Below, piece after piece: positions 49,494-60,520 of a stretch of DNA of 64,000 nt. Numbering within the stretch: the stretch's first letter is position 1; each line of letters opens with the position of its first letter. The notes below the pieces were generated by a model. That model was not told where the DNA came from and did no database searches. It worked only from the letters and a program-made list of their open reading frames with translations. The stretch comes from Promethearchaeota archaeon (lineage in GTDB: Archaea > Asgardarchaeota > Lokiarchaeia > Sigyniarchaeales > SOKP01), in the NCBI GenBank assembly GCA_029838195.1, contig JALGVJ010000017.1, forward strand, positions 32,001-96,000, given 5' to 3'. The position numbers were made by a program, and so were the translations under genes.

Positions 49494-49616
49494 AATTATA
49501 AAAAGTTTAGAAAAATAGAATCGGAAATAATTACATTGAAATGCATTTACTTAATAAAAAGATGATATAAAAAATAAGATTTAACGAGAAATATAGTAGC
49601 GTTCTAAAAGAGTTAA

Positions 49617-49922
49617 GTCAAAGCACTTTATAAGTCCAATTTAATTTTTAAAATTTTAAGGGAGTTAAAAGCGGGAAAATATCAAATACAAGAAATTGAA
49701 ATTGCAGAAAAAATTAGTATTAAAATATTAAATCTGAAGAAATTTAAAAAAGATTTCAATAGTTTGAAAAATGTTGAGCATGTAGGAAATATTTATAGAT
49801 TAAATGAAATAGGAGATATCAATATAATAGAATTGAAAATGAGTGAATCTAAAAAAGGAAGAGGAAAATTAGCGAATTTTAGTCAAAAACTCTTAATAAT
49901 TATAAATTGTTTACTCAAATAA
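49617..49922 (+). pseudogene. Gene remnant, possibly the N-terminal cap region of an LRR protein
   Basis: 101 open codons without a proper start, including YRLNEIGDINIIELK; about 190 nt of it is missing from copy 2. Confidence 0.35.
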
Positions 49923-50093
49923 TATAATATCTTGGTGAAGTGAATTTAGGACAATAAATAATTTCCAAGACCAAATTTAGAGAGAATTTAAATAGGTATA
50001 AAAATTATCCAGATGGAATTGAATAAAGGACCAAAAAATCAAAAAATAAGCAATAAAGGGGGTTATTAAAAAAAATAAATCAATTTTGAATTA

Positions 50094-51539
50094 TTAAATT
50101 TTCAACCTATTGAGTTCAGCTTTATTTTTTAATACCACATCCTGAGTTAAAGGAAAAAACTTCCAAAAAATCAAGGTAGCCACGAGTAAAATTGTTCCAG
50201 GAATAACTCCTTCAAGTAAACGAATACCTAAAAGAACTAAATCCATGTTAGGAACCACGGCAGCCATTTTTTCATAGGTATCATAGCCTGCAACGAACCC
50301 TGTAAGATTATGGACGATAGCGAAAATTAATTCATCAATATTGCCGGTAAGACGATTAAGCATTGCTGTAATTCCAATGAGAATGGCCTTTTGATTGGTT
50401 TTCAGCTTTGCGGCGAAATCATCCACTACTGATGGGAATAATATGGTAAACAAGAAAGTATTTACACCTCCAGAGGCAATTCCGAGTATGAATGCCATGA
50501 TCATGAGATCAAATAGTCCTTGAAAAAAAGTCAATGGAAACAACGCAATACTATATGTTAAACCTCCAACTACAAATGCTTTTTTGTTGTCGTTTACTTT
50601 CCTAATGAATTTAAGCCAAAAAGGAACCGATATTAAAGTTCCTAAGAGATTTAAACCTAAAATAAGAATATATGCATCCGAACTCTCTTGTAGAACAAAA
50701 GTTATTACATACACCAAATTTGGTACGATCAAGGCTAATGTAACCCCATAGGCTACACCATATATGAAATATACTATGAAACTTCTCAATGTTATAATTC
50801 CTTTTAATGCCTCAAAAAAACTAATGTCTTTTTTTTCAATTTCAGGAGAAAAATATCTTTCAATCATTATTTCATCTTCACGATTGCCGGGAAGGCTTAA
50901 AATAGCAAATATCAGACAAAATATTGCAACAACTGTACCCATGATTTGATAGCTAGCTTTCTTATCTCCGGGAATTATATCAATAAAAAGAGCGGGTAAT
51001 ACAATGCCAAATATTACTGAAGAAATATCGAGCGGAACATAATATTTTGTGAAAATACGACGTTCTTCTTCCGTTCGAAATTTATCCGGTCGAATTGTAT
51101 TTATATTAATACCCACGAGCGTGCCAAAGGTGTCATAAACAAATAATGACATTAATAACCACCAAAAAGCGGGCCAAGGATTTGAAGAAACATCGAGATC
51201 AGGGATAGAAAAGAGCAAATAAATAGAAAAGCACCAAGGGACGATACCTACAACAATCCATGGAAATCGTCTCCCCCATTTTCTCGTGAATCGCATGTTT
51301 CTGTCAATCAGAAAACCAAAGAGCGGGTCGTTTACTGCGTTGTATACCATGAATATACTCGATGCGAGAAAAATAAACAAAATATTTAAACCGACAATAA
51401 CTTCGTAATAAAAAAGGTAAAATCCCGACATGACAGCGCCTAATGTTGAAGAGGAAACTTGAGAAAGAGCATTTGAAAGAAAGGTCCATCTTGAATGTCT
51501 TGTTTCAGAAGATTCTTCAAAAGTAATATTTTCATTCAT
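50094..51539 (-). CDS. MFS transporter (GPH family), copy 1
   Basis: NDPLFGFLID...WGRRFPW; 12 TM helices. Confidence 0.9.
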   Translation of the reverse strand: MNENITFEESSETRHSRWTFLSNALSQVSSSTLGAVMSGFYLFYYEVIVGLNILFIFLASSIFMVYNAVNDPLFGFLIDRNMRFTRKWGRRFPWIVVGIVPWCFSIYLLFSIPDLDVSSNPWPAFWWLLMSLFVYDTFGTLVGININTIRPDKFRTEEERRIFTKYYVPLDISSVIFGIVLPALFIDIIPGDKKASYQIMGTVVAIFCLIFAILSLPGNREDEIMIERYFSPEIEKKDISFFEALKGIITLRSFIVYFIYGVAYGVTLALIVPNLVYVITFVLQESSDAYILILGLNLLGTLISVPFWLKFIRKVNDNKKAFVVGGLTYSIALFPLTFFQGLFDLMIMAFILGIASGGVNTFLFTILFPSVVDDFAAKLKTNQKAILIGITAMLNRLTGNIDELIFAIVHNLTGFVAGYDTYEKMAAVVPNMDLVLLGIRLLEGVIPGTILLVATLIFWKFFPLTQDVVLKNKAELNRLKI

Positions 51540-51712
51540 TTTTGATTTACATGTTTGTTTTAAAAAAATTAGTTGTAATAATATTTAAATCTTAGTAACC
51601 ATTGATTTTTCTAACATCAAATTTTATCATTTGCATTAGTTTTTAAAACCAAGAAATTAATTAAAAAAAAATCTTTAAAACCAAATAATAACTAAAAAAA
51701 AAAAGAAAAATA

Positions 51713-52894
51713 ATGAAAGCGGATAAGGCTGAAATCGAATTTTTATTCAAACAAATGCTTAAAGAGCAAGAGGAAAAAGCTCCTACAGATAAAATTTATC
51801 AGAAAGACATGGAGGATGTTGGAATATTTAAAGTTCAGTGGAAGATATGCGGAATTTTAGGATATCAAATATATGAAAAGGATAAAATAAGCTACAAATT
51901 CGGAGAAACTTTAGAAGAACCTGATGTTACTCTTGTTATTAGAGATAAAGAGTTAGCAGCTCGATTTCTAAAGGGAGAAGTTTTTGATTTTGATATTCTT
52001 CCGGGGTACAAAAAGGAGTATAAAATAAATTATACGGAAGGTAAGAAAATAGTCGAAACGAAAGAAGGAAGGAGAAGAGTTCCCGCCATTTCAAAACCTT
52101 TTGTAGTAGCTCGATTTAATAGAGATAAAAACTATCATCCTTATATCTTATCAAAATTACCCGTTTTTCGAAAACTTGTTGTTGAAACCCGTGTGAATCC
52201 TGATGACATTGGCTATTACATTCCAATCAATCAATCTCTTGGAACTTATGAAAATCAAACTTTACCCATGAAAATTATTAGGAATTTTATTGAAAAAGCG
52301 AGTAATATATTAATACTAAACCAGTGTGGGTGCAGAAAATACAATGGGTGTAAAGATTACGATATAAAAATAGGATGCATTTACATGGGAGATGATATTA
52401 AAAATATCGAACTTATTGAAGGTAAACATCATTTAGCAACAAAAGAAGAAGCTTTAGAACATGTACAACGAGCCGTTGATAATGGTCTAATTCCACTAAT
52501 AGGAAGGGCAATGGATGAAGCTGTGGGATTTGGTGTGGAAGATACGGGACATTTTATGGGAATGTGTTTCTGTTGTCCTTGTTGTTGTACTAATGTAAGA
52601 AATACGAAATATGGAACAAAGTATATTAATTTTTTCCGTAAAATAGAAGGTCTTGAGATTTCGGTGGATCCAGACCTTTGCACGGCATGTGAAACGTGTT
52701 TGGAATCATGTGTTTTTGATGCATTGAAAATAGATGATATAGCTATAATTGATGAGGAAAAATGCATGGGATGTGGTCGCTGTGAAACGGCATGTCCTAA
52801 TGGTGCTATTTCACTAAAGATTACTGATCCACGGGATATTGATGAATTAATTGAAAAAATCGAATCTCATGTTGATGTGACTCCATCTAGTTAA
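51713..52894 (+). CDS. SCP2-like domain fused to a 4Fe-4S ferredoxin protein, copy 1
   Basis: N-terminal VQWKI...EPDVTLVI (SCP2-like), CGCR...C, CFCCPCCC and two CxxCxxCxxxC motifs. Confidence 0.8.
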   Translation: MKADKAEIEFLFKQMLKEQEEKAPTDKIYQKDMEDVGIFKVQWKICGILGYQIYEKDKISYKFGETLEEPDVTLVIRDKELAARFLKGEVFDFDILPGYKKEYKINYTEGKKIVETKEGRRRVPAISKPFVVARFNRDKNYHPYILSKLPVFRKLVVETRVNPDDIGYYIPINQSLGTYENQTLPMKIIRNFIEKASNILILNQCGCRKYNGCKDYDIKIGCIYMGDDIKNIELIEGKHHLATKEEALEHVQRAVDNGLIPLIGRAMDEAVGFGVEDTGHFMGMCFCCPCCCTNVRNTKYGTKYINFFRKIEGLEISVDPDLCTACETCLESCVFDALKIDDIAIIDEEKCMGCGRCETACPNGAISLKITDPRDIDELIEKIESHVDVTPSS

Positions 52895-53427
52895 AATTTA
52901 TATTAAATTTCAAAAAAATCTTTAAAGAATCGTCATCAAATAGAAAGGACTTCAATTTGGGCTCTATATAGAGCCAAAAATAAGAAAATTACATTATTTT
53001 GAAAATCTCGGGAAGTAGCTCGGAAATAATTATATTGAAATGGATTTATTTAATAATGAGATGAAATAAAAAATAAGATTTGACACGAAATGTAGTAGCG
53101 TTCTAAAAGGGTTAAGTCAAAGCACTTTACAAGTCAAATTTATTAATTTTTAAAATCTTGAGGAGGTTAAAACCGAGAAAACATGAAAGACAAGAAATTG
53201 AAAATGCTCTTACTGACACTATAAATTGTTTAACTCAAATAATATATAATATCTTGATGAAGTGAATTTAGGAGGGGGAGGGCAAAAAATAATTCCCAAG
53301 ACCAAATTTTGAGAGAATTTAAATAGGTATAAAAATTATCCAGACGAATTGAATAAAAATTCAAAAAATCAAAAAATAAGCAATAAAAAGGGTTATTAAA
53401 AAAAAAAGAAAAATCAATTTTGAATTA

Positions 53428-54873
53428 TTATATTTTCAACCTATTGAGTTCAGCTTTATTTTTTAATATCACATCCTGAGTTAACGGAAAAAACTTCCAA
53501 AAAATCAAGGTAGCCGCGAGTAAAATGGTTCCGGGAATGACTCCTTCAAGTAAGCGAATGCCCAAAAGAACTAAATTCATATCAGGAACCACGGCAGCCA
53601 ATTTATCATAAGTATCATAGCCCTCAACGAATCCTGTAAGATTATGGACGATAGCGAAAATTAATTCATCAATATTGCCGGTAAGACGATTAAGCATTGT
53701 CGTAATTCCGATGAGAATGGCCTTTTGGTTGGTCTTCAGCTTTACGGCGAAATCATCCACTACGGATGGGAACAATATGGTAAACAAGAAAGTATTTGTA
53801 CCTCCACTGGCAATTCCGAGTATGAATGCCATGATCATGAGATCAAATAGTCCTTGAAAAAAAGTTAATGGAAATAACGCAAAACTATACGTAAGACCAG
53901 CAATTACAAATGCCTTTTTGTTGTCGTTTACTTTCTTAATAAATTTAAGCCAAAAAGGAACCGATATTAAAGTCCCTAAGAGATTTAAGCCTAAAATAAG
54001 AATATATGCATCCGAACTCTCTTGTAGAACAAAAGTTATTACATACATCAAATTTGGTATGATCAAGGCCAATGAAACCCCATAGGCTACACCGTATATG
54101 AAATATACTATGAAACTTCTCAATGTTATAATTCTTTTTAATGTCTCAAAAAAACTAATGCCTTTTTTTTCAATTTCAGGAGAAAAATATCTTTCAATCA
54201 TTACTTCATCTTCACGATTGCCGGGAAGGCTTAAAATAGCAAATATCAGACAGAATATCGCAACAACTGTACCCATGATTTGATAGCTAGCTTTCTTATC
54301 TCCGGGAATCACGTTAATAAAAAGTGCGGGTAATACAATGCCAAATATTATTGAAGAAATATCGAGCGGAACATAATATTTTGTGAAAATACGGCGTTCT
54401 TCTTCCGTTCGAAATTTATCCGGTCGAATTGTGTTTACATTAATACCCACGAGCGTGCCAAAGGTGTCATAAACAAATAATGACATTAATAACCACAAAA
54501 AAGCAGGCCAAGGATTTGAAGAAACATCGAAATCAGGGACAGAAAAGAGCAAATAAATAGAAAAGCACCATGGGACAATACCGATAACAATCCAAGGGAA
54601 ACGTCTCCCGTATTTTCTCGTGAATCGCATGTTTCTGTCAATCAGAAAACCAAAAAGCGGGTCGTTTACTGCGTTATATACGACGAAGATCGTCGAAGCA
54701 AGAAAAATCAACAAAATATTTAAACCTACAATAACTTGGTAATAAAAAAGGTAAAATCCCGACATGACAGCGCTTAATGTTGAAGAAGAAACCTGAGAAA
54801 GAGCGTTTGAAAGGAAGATCCATCTTGAATGTCTTGTTTCAGAAGATTCTTCAAAAGTACTATTTTCATTCAT
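53428..54873 (-). CDS. MFS transporter (GPH family), copy 2
   Basis: Same length (481 aa) and near-identical to copy 1. Confidence 0.9.
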   Translation of the reverse strand: MNENSTFEESSETRHSRWIFLSNALSQVSSSTLSAVMSGFYLFYYQVIVGLNILLIFLASTIFVVYNAVNDPLFGFLIDRNMRFTRKYGRRFPWIVIGIVPWCFSIYLLFSVPDFDVSSNPWPAFLWLLMSLFVYDTFGTLVGINVNTIRPDKFRTEEERRIFTKYYVPLDISSIIFGIVLPALFINVIPGDKKASYQIMGTVVAIFCLIFAILSLPGNREDEVMIERYFSPEIEKKGISFFETLKRIITLRSFIVYFIYGVAYGVSLALIIPNLMYVITFVLQESSDAYILILGLNLLGTLISVPFWLKFIKKVNDNKKAFVIAGLTYSFALFPLTFFQGLFDLMIMAFILGIASGGTNTFLFTILFPSVVDDFAVKLKTNQKAILIGITTMLNRLTGNIDELIFAIVHNLTGFVEGYDTYDKLAAVVPDMNLVLLGIRLLEGVIPGTILLAATLIFWKFFPLTQDVILKNKAELNRLKI

Positions 54874-55019
54874 TTTTGATTTGATTTACAAGTTTGTTTT
54901 TAAAAAAATTAGTTGTAATAATATTTAAATCTTATTAAAGATTGATTTTTCTAATATATAACATTTATTTGCATTAGTTTTTAAACCTAAGCAATAACTG
55001 AAAAAAAAAATGAGAAATA

Positions 55020-56201
55020 ATGAAGGAAAATAAAGCTGAAATCGAAATTTTATTTAAACAAATGCTTAAAGAGCAAGAGGAAAAAGCTCCGAACGATAAA
55101 ATTTATCAGAAAGACATGGAGGATGTTGGAATATTTAAAGTTCAGTGGAAGATATGCGGAATTTTAGGATATCAAATATATGAAAAGGATAAAATAAGCT
55201 ACAAGTTCGGAGAAACTTTAGAAGAGCCTGATGTTACTCTTGTTATTAGAGATAAAGAGTTAGCGGCTCGATTTCTAAAGGGAGACGTTTTTGATTTTGA
55301 TATTCTTCCGGGGTATAAAAAGGAGTATAAAATACATTACACGGAAGGTAAGAAAGTAGTCGAAACGAAAGAAGGAAAGAAAAGAGTTCCCGCCATTTCA
55401 AAACCTTTTGTAGTAGCTCGATTTAATAGAGATAAAAATTATCATCCTTATATCTTATCAAAATTACCCGTTTTTCGAAAACTTGTTGTTGAAACCCGTG
55501 TTAGTGAACATGATGTTGGCTATTACATTCCAATCAATCAATCTCTTGGAACTTATGAAAATCAAACTTTACCCGTGAAAATCATTAAGAATTTTATTGA
55601 AAAAGCGAGTAATATAATAATATTAGATTACTGTCCATGCAGAAAATATTATGGGTGTAAAGATTACGATATAAATATCGGATGCGTTTATATGGGAGAT
55701 GATACCAAAAAAATCGAACTTATTGAAGGTAAACATCATTTAGCAACAAAAGAAGAAGCTTTAGAACATGTACAACGAGCCGTTGATAATGGTTTAATTC
55801 CACTAATAGGAAGGGCAATGGATGAAGCTGTGGGATTTGGTGTGGAAGATACGGGACATTTCATGTCCATGTGTTTCTGTTGCCCTTGTTGTTGCACGAA
55901 CGTGAGGAATACGCAATATGGAACAAAGTATATTAATTTTTTCCGTAAAATGGAAGGTCTTGAGATTTCGGTGGATCCAGACCTTTGCACGGCATGCGAA
56001 ACGTGTTTAGACTCATGTGTTTTTGGTGCATTGAGCGTAGACGATATAGCCATGATTAACGAGGAAAAATGCATTGGATGTGGTCGCTGTGAGAAGGCAT
56101 GTCCAAATGATGCCATTTCATTAAAGATTACTGATCCACATGAAATTGATGAATTAATTAAAATAATCGAATCTCATGTTGATGTGACACCATCTAGTTA
56201 A
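55020..56201 (+). CDS. SCP2-like domain fused to a 4Fe-4S ferredoxin protein, copy 2
   Basis: Same length (393 aa) and near-identical to copy 1. Confidence 0.8.
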   Translation: MKENKAEIEILFKQMLKEQEEKAPNDKIYQKDMEDVGIFKVQWKICGILGYQIYEKDKISYKFGETLEEPDVTLVIRDKELAARFLKGDVFDFDILPGYKKEYKIHYTEGKKVVETKEGKKRVPAISKPFVVARFNRDKNYHPYILSKLPVFRKLVVETRVSEHDVGYYIPINQSLGTYENQTLPVKIIKNFIEKASNIIILDYCPCRKYYGCKDYDINIGCVYMGDDTKKIELIEGKHHLATKEEALEHVQRAVDNGLIPLIGRAMDEAVGFGVEDTGHFMSMCFCCPCCCTNVRNTQYGTKYINFFRKMEGLEISVDPDLCTACETCLDSCVFGALSVDDIAMINEEKCIGCGRCEKACPNDAISLKITDPHEIDELIKIIESHVDVTPSS

Positions 56202-56456
56202 AATTTATATTAAATTTCAAAAAAATCTTTGAAGAATCCTCATCAAATAGAAAAGACTTCAATTTGGGCTCTATATAGTGCCAAAAATAAGAAAATTACC
56301 TTATTTTGAAGATCTCGGGAAATAGTTAATGAAAATTTTTTCTTTTTCCTTTTTTTCATTTTAAAATAGCTTTTTATTTTCCCTTGTTTTTAAAATTGAT
56401 TTATATCGTATTTCTAAGCAGTAATGAGATTTATACGGCATTAAACTCGGAAAAAA

Positions 56457-58481
56457 CTATATTGAGATGCGTTTTTTGCTCAATTTTGGCTTGCTGATGA
56501 GGAATCCGCATTTAGGACAAATCAGATACATGCGAAATTCTTTCATACTGGTAAAAAAACTTGCGCCAAGGATGCCAGCGGGAAGAGTAAAAAGAGATAC
56601 GCCCAAGAAAGCAAAACTAATGGTCGCTAACCGACCTGCTGTAGTTATGGGATATACATCTCCAAATCCCGTGGTGGTGAACGTGGTAACTCCAAACCAA
56701 ATCGTGGAAGGAATGCTTCGAAATTTTTCGGGTTGAGCGTCCTTTTCCAAGTGGTAAATTATGGTAGAGGCGCAGATGAGAAATATCACGCATAACAGAA
56801 TTGTAGTAAAAAATTCTTTTTTTGAATATTTGATGATAACTCCGATTATATCAAAAACAGCAAGAAAATGGCCAATTTGAAATATCACGAACATTCTCAA
56901 TGCTAATAAGACCGGAATTCCTGAGGGAAATGCATTGAACAAGAATATCGTAAGATAGAGAGAGATGAGGAAAATAAGGTCCGTGATTCCCATGAAGCTT
57001 TTAATGTAATTTAATCTCCCCTGAATCTTATCGTGAAATTTCTCTTCTTCAGCTGCAACGATACTCCAAACTCTCAGAAGGAATTCAACGGTAAAAACGA
57101 TTGCTGAAAGCATTAGAACCGTAAAAATTACGGTGCGATTTTCTTGGTAAAGAATGGGATTTGTTTCTGCCATTATGATGAGGATATTAAACGTGATGAA
57201 AGTTGCGAAAAATACGAAGATTACTACTTGTAAAATAGTATGAGGATATCTAAATTCAAGATTTTCATAAATAAACCGTTGGCGGGAGAATTGAGCGTCA
57301 TGAGTGTAGTATACATCTTGTTTTTTTACTTCTTCAAGTACTTTTTTTAAGTATTTTGGTTTTCTACCCCTAGATCGTGCAAAAACTTCTCTTAATAATT
57401 CGCTTCTTTCGATGACATGTTGACAATTTGGGCATTTTTCTAATAAGGGATTTCTCGCTTGAATTTCATCCACGAATCCCGAGCCTATAACGCTAGCAGG
57501 CAATAAGAACACTGTAATGCCAATAACGGAAATGACTGATGAAACAATCTTGCCCATCGTAGTAATAGGTGTAATTTCACCGTACCCTATAGTAAATAGA
57601 TTTATAGCAGTAAACCACATGGAACTAAATAGATTCGTAAAGACTTCCGGTTGAGCATCGTGTTCTGTAAGAAACATTAAAATCGACCCCAGGAACATTA
57701 ATAATAAAGAGAGAATGAAGGTAATCAAGAGTTCTTCCTTTTTCTCTTTAATAACCGTCCATATTATATCGAATGATTGGGAATATCGCACGAGCTTGAA
57801 GAATACGATTAAGTGAAAGATTCTAACGAATCCTCGGTATTCACTGGTCAAGGGTATGATTAAACCAAGAATGATGGCGATAATACTTGAGAGATCTACT
57901 AGAGGAAGAAAGTTACTCATGTAGCGCAAGCGCTTATAAGGCATTCCATCATATTTAGGATTAAGATCGCACGTCCATAACCTTAACAAAAATTCCACGC
58001 TAAGGATGATTGCGGCAATTATTTCAATAATAATCAAGACGTCGCGATAATCTTTTTGGATATAATCAACGGTTTCAAATATGATGGTCATGCCGCTTGC
58101 GATGGAAATTATAATGATTAAAAGAGAGAGTGCGGTTGAATATATATTAGCAAACTTTTGCGTGGTTAAAGCTGAATGTGTTTTTACTTTAATTTTCTTT
58201 GAAAATTTAAGAAAATCCTTAGTTCGCTTTTCATGAGCTCTTTTTCGAATTGAGATTGATGCAGTAATCTTATTCACGTATTTTTGTTTTTTATCGGGTA
58301 AAGTCAACTCGGTCAAGTTTGTTTTTTCTGTGTCTATATTTATTTCTTCTTTTTTCCCTTTTACAAGAATTCCTTGCTCCTCTTTTAGCTTATTCAAGGC
58401 ATCTTGATGGAATTTACTATTGATATGACGGGCAGAAGTAGGATCTTTCAGTTCCTTTCCACAAATCTCACATTTAGGCAA
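56457..58481 (-). CDS. Two-repeat (2x6TM) potassium channel with N-terminal C2H2 zinc finger and CxxC motifs
   Basis: CEIC...H....H; two S1-S6 modules (VEFLLRLW/VEFLLRVW, VD/TD in S3); filters TIGYG and TTGFG; CPNC and CPKC after each S6. Confidence 0.88.
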   Translation of the reverse strand: MPKCEICGKELKDPTSARHINSKFHQDALNKLKEEQGILVKGKKEEINIDTEKTNLTELTLPDKKQKYVNKITASISIRKRAHEKRTKDFLKFSKKIKVKTHSALTTQKFANIYSTALSLLIIIISIASGMTIIFETVDYIQKDYRDVLIIIEIIAAIILSVEFLLRLWTCDLNPKYDGMPYKRLRYMSNFLPLVDLSSIIAIILGLIIPLTSEYRGFVRIFHLIVFFKLVRYSQSFDIIWTVIKEKKEELLITFILSLLLMFLGSILMFLTEHDAQPEVFTNLFSSMWFTAINLFTIGYGEITPITTMGKIVSSVISVIGITVFLLPASVIGSGFVDEIQARNPLLEKCPNCQHVIERSELLREVFARSRGRKPKYLKKVLEEVKKQDVYYTHDAQFSRQRFIYENLEFRYPHTILQVVIFVFFATFITFNILIIMAETNPILYQENRTVIFTVLMLSAIVFTVEFLLRVWSIVAAEEEKFHDKIQGRLNYIKSFMGITDLIFLISLYLTIFLFNAFPSGIPVLLALRMFVIFQIGHFLAVFDIIGVIIKYSKKEFFTTILLCVIFLICASTIIYHLEKDAQPEKFRSIPSTIWFGVTTFTTTGFGDVYPITTAGRLATISFAFLGVSLFTLPAGILGASFFTSMKEFRMYLICPKCGFLISKPKLSKKRISI

Positions 58482-58924
58482 AATATATCCTCATGAAGCT
58501 TTAAACTTAACATTTTAATGATATAAATTTTATTTAAATTTTTCAAATCCGTGAAATTTAGAACGGAGAAATAAAAATTTAACATTAGATATCTTGAAAT
58601 TTGAAAAAAAGTATTGTTAAAATGAATATTTTTCAACTTAACAAGGAATGTAATCGTCTCTTTTTTTGATTGAATGGGTCTTTTATACCATTAAAATGCT
58701 TATTATCTTTAAAATGAAAAAAGATTAATTTAAATTGAGAAAAATATGATAGGCTTAGTGAAATTGGTTTTCTCATAAAAAGCTCTATTTAAGATAAATT
58801 ATTATAGATAACAAGGTTACTTTATCCTTTAGAAATAAAATGAATATGTCAATTAAAGCAAGTAATATTTTTACCGTTATGCTAAGAGCCCAAAAAAAAA
58901 AAATTTGAGGAGGTATCTTATCAA

Positions 58925-59464
58925 ATGAAAAAAGATAATAGAAAATATCAGTCGAATCTTGATTTTAAACTAATGACATTTTTTTTCAAGATTCGGGATT
59001 TATTTAGAGATCCCATGGAAAAAGTTAAAAATGCAGAAATAAAACCAGGCAATGTTGTAGTGGATTATGGATGTGGCCCTGGGAGTCATGCTGTTGCAGC
59101 GGCACAAATTGTTGGCTCCTCGGGAAAAGTCCATGCTATTGATATTCATCCATTAGCGCTTCAAAAAGTGAAAAAAAAAGCAGAAAAAAAAGGATTGGAC
59201 AATATTGAGACAATTAAAACTGATTGCAAAATTCAATTAGAAGATAATTCAATTGATATCATCACGTGTTTTGATGTCATTCATGAGCTAGACGATTTAA
59301 CGGAGCATTTAAAAGAATTTCATAGAATCTTAAAATTAAATGCATTATTAGCTGTAGATGACCATCATCTTAGTGAGTCGGATATCGTTTCACTAATCAC
59401 TCAAAATAACTGGTTTGAATTCATTAAATCTAACCAAAATGTCTATATTTTTAAAAAAATCTAA
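58925..59464 (+). CDS. Class I SAM-dependent methyltransferase
   Basis: VVDYGCGPG, AIDIH, DNSIDII and RILK motifs. Confidence 0.9.
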   Translation: MKKDNRKYQSNLDFKLMTFFFKIRDLFRDPMEKVKNAEIKPGNVVVDYGCGPGSHAVAAAQIVGSSGKVHAIDIHPLALQKVKKKAEKKGLDNIETIKTDCKIQLEDNSIDIITCFDVIHELDDLTEHLKEFHRILKLNALLAVDDHHLSESDIVSLITQNNWFEFIKSNQNVYIFKKI

Positions 59465-59857
59465 ACCTTTTATGAGCGACAAAAAAGCAATAGGTTAAAA
59501 TCAGTTTCTTTTTATCTTTAATACGAGCACATGCGAAAATTGTATTAGTAAAACATGGGATGCATGAACTTAGTGATATTTTCATAATAAAAATGAAACA
59601 CGGTTAGTTTGGACTTTCTATCGAAAAATTTTTTCAAGATCAAGGGAATTTAGGTTTATCTATATCAACTATAACCGGATCTTTTTAAATATAATTAATC
59701 GAAAAGATTTACCCGGAATTTTTTCTATTTTTGCCTTTTTTAAGGAATAAGAGAATTATCCCTAATAAATTTGACAATAAAAATTGGTCCCTTTAAATTT
59801 CATATAAAATGATATACAAGGTAAAAATAAGTAGTCCGCAAGAAAAAATAAAAATAA

Positions 59858-60376
59858 GTGGTTAAAAAAAGCATGTTATCAGAAGAAATAAAAGAAAACG
59901 AGAAGATCAAAATTCAAGAACGCTTTATTAATCCTTTAGGAACGATAATTGGGGGGACAGTTATCATAATGCTTGGATTATTTTTGATGTACACCAATTT
60001 ATCCCCTTATATATTGACGCATGATCAGGTATTTTTAACGGTCTTGAAATATTTTGGGTTAATAATTGCTTTACAAGGAGGAATTGATGTAATTCGAGGG
60101 ATTATAGGAAATAATTTGGTTAGCTTTCATCAATTCTTGAAAGTTATAAAAGGAATAATATCGTTAAGTTCTATTGGATTACTGGTTATACTCTATAACA
60201 ATCCAAGCTCGATTCCATTTTACAACCATGATGAGCTTTCTAATACATTGATTCTTATTCAATCTCCCTTCGAAATGAAATGGATTCAATTAGCCCTCGT
60301 GATATTAATTGCGTTGGTAATTCTCGGTGCCCTTTCAGATATTTATAAAGCGGGAAAGTTGGAAAAATACAAATAA
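59858..60376 (+). CDS. Hypothetical 4-TM membrane protein
   Basis: Four hydrophobic segments. Confidence 0.6.
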   Translation: MVKKSMLSEEIKENEKIKIQERFINPLGTIIGGTVIIMLGLFLMYTNLSPYILTHDQVFLTVLKYFGLIIALQGGIDVIRGIIGNNLVSFHQFLKVIKGIISLSSIGLLVILYNNPSSIPFYNHDELSNTLILIQSPFEMKWIQLALVILIALVILGALSDIYKAGKLEKYK

Positions 60377-60520
60377 GATTTCTTTTTCTTTTTTTATCAA
60401 ATTTGTTTTTTTCTTTCTCTTTTTTGAATTATAAGATTACTTTCTCTCGGTCTAAATAATTTCAATCAATTTTTTAAATATCTTTAGAGTTGATTCTTTT
60501 AGGCAAATTCACGAATTAAA

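Larger units (their letters stand above)
49520..53017. repeat. Tandem segmental duplication, copy 1
   Basis: Colinear with 53018-56324 including intergenic DNA (e.g. GTAGCGTTCTAAAAG...GTTAAGTCAAAGCACTTTA at the start; GGGCTCTATATAG...TCTCGGGAA at the end). Confidence 0.92.
53018..56324. repeat. Tandem segmental duplication, copy 2
   Basis: Matches 49520-53017 and is about 190 nt shorter. Confidence 0.92.
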
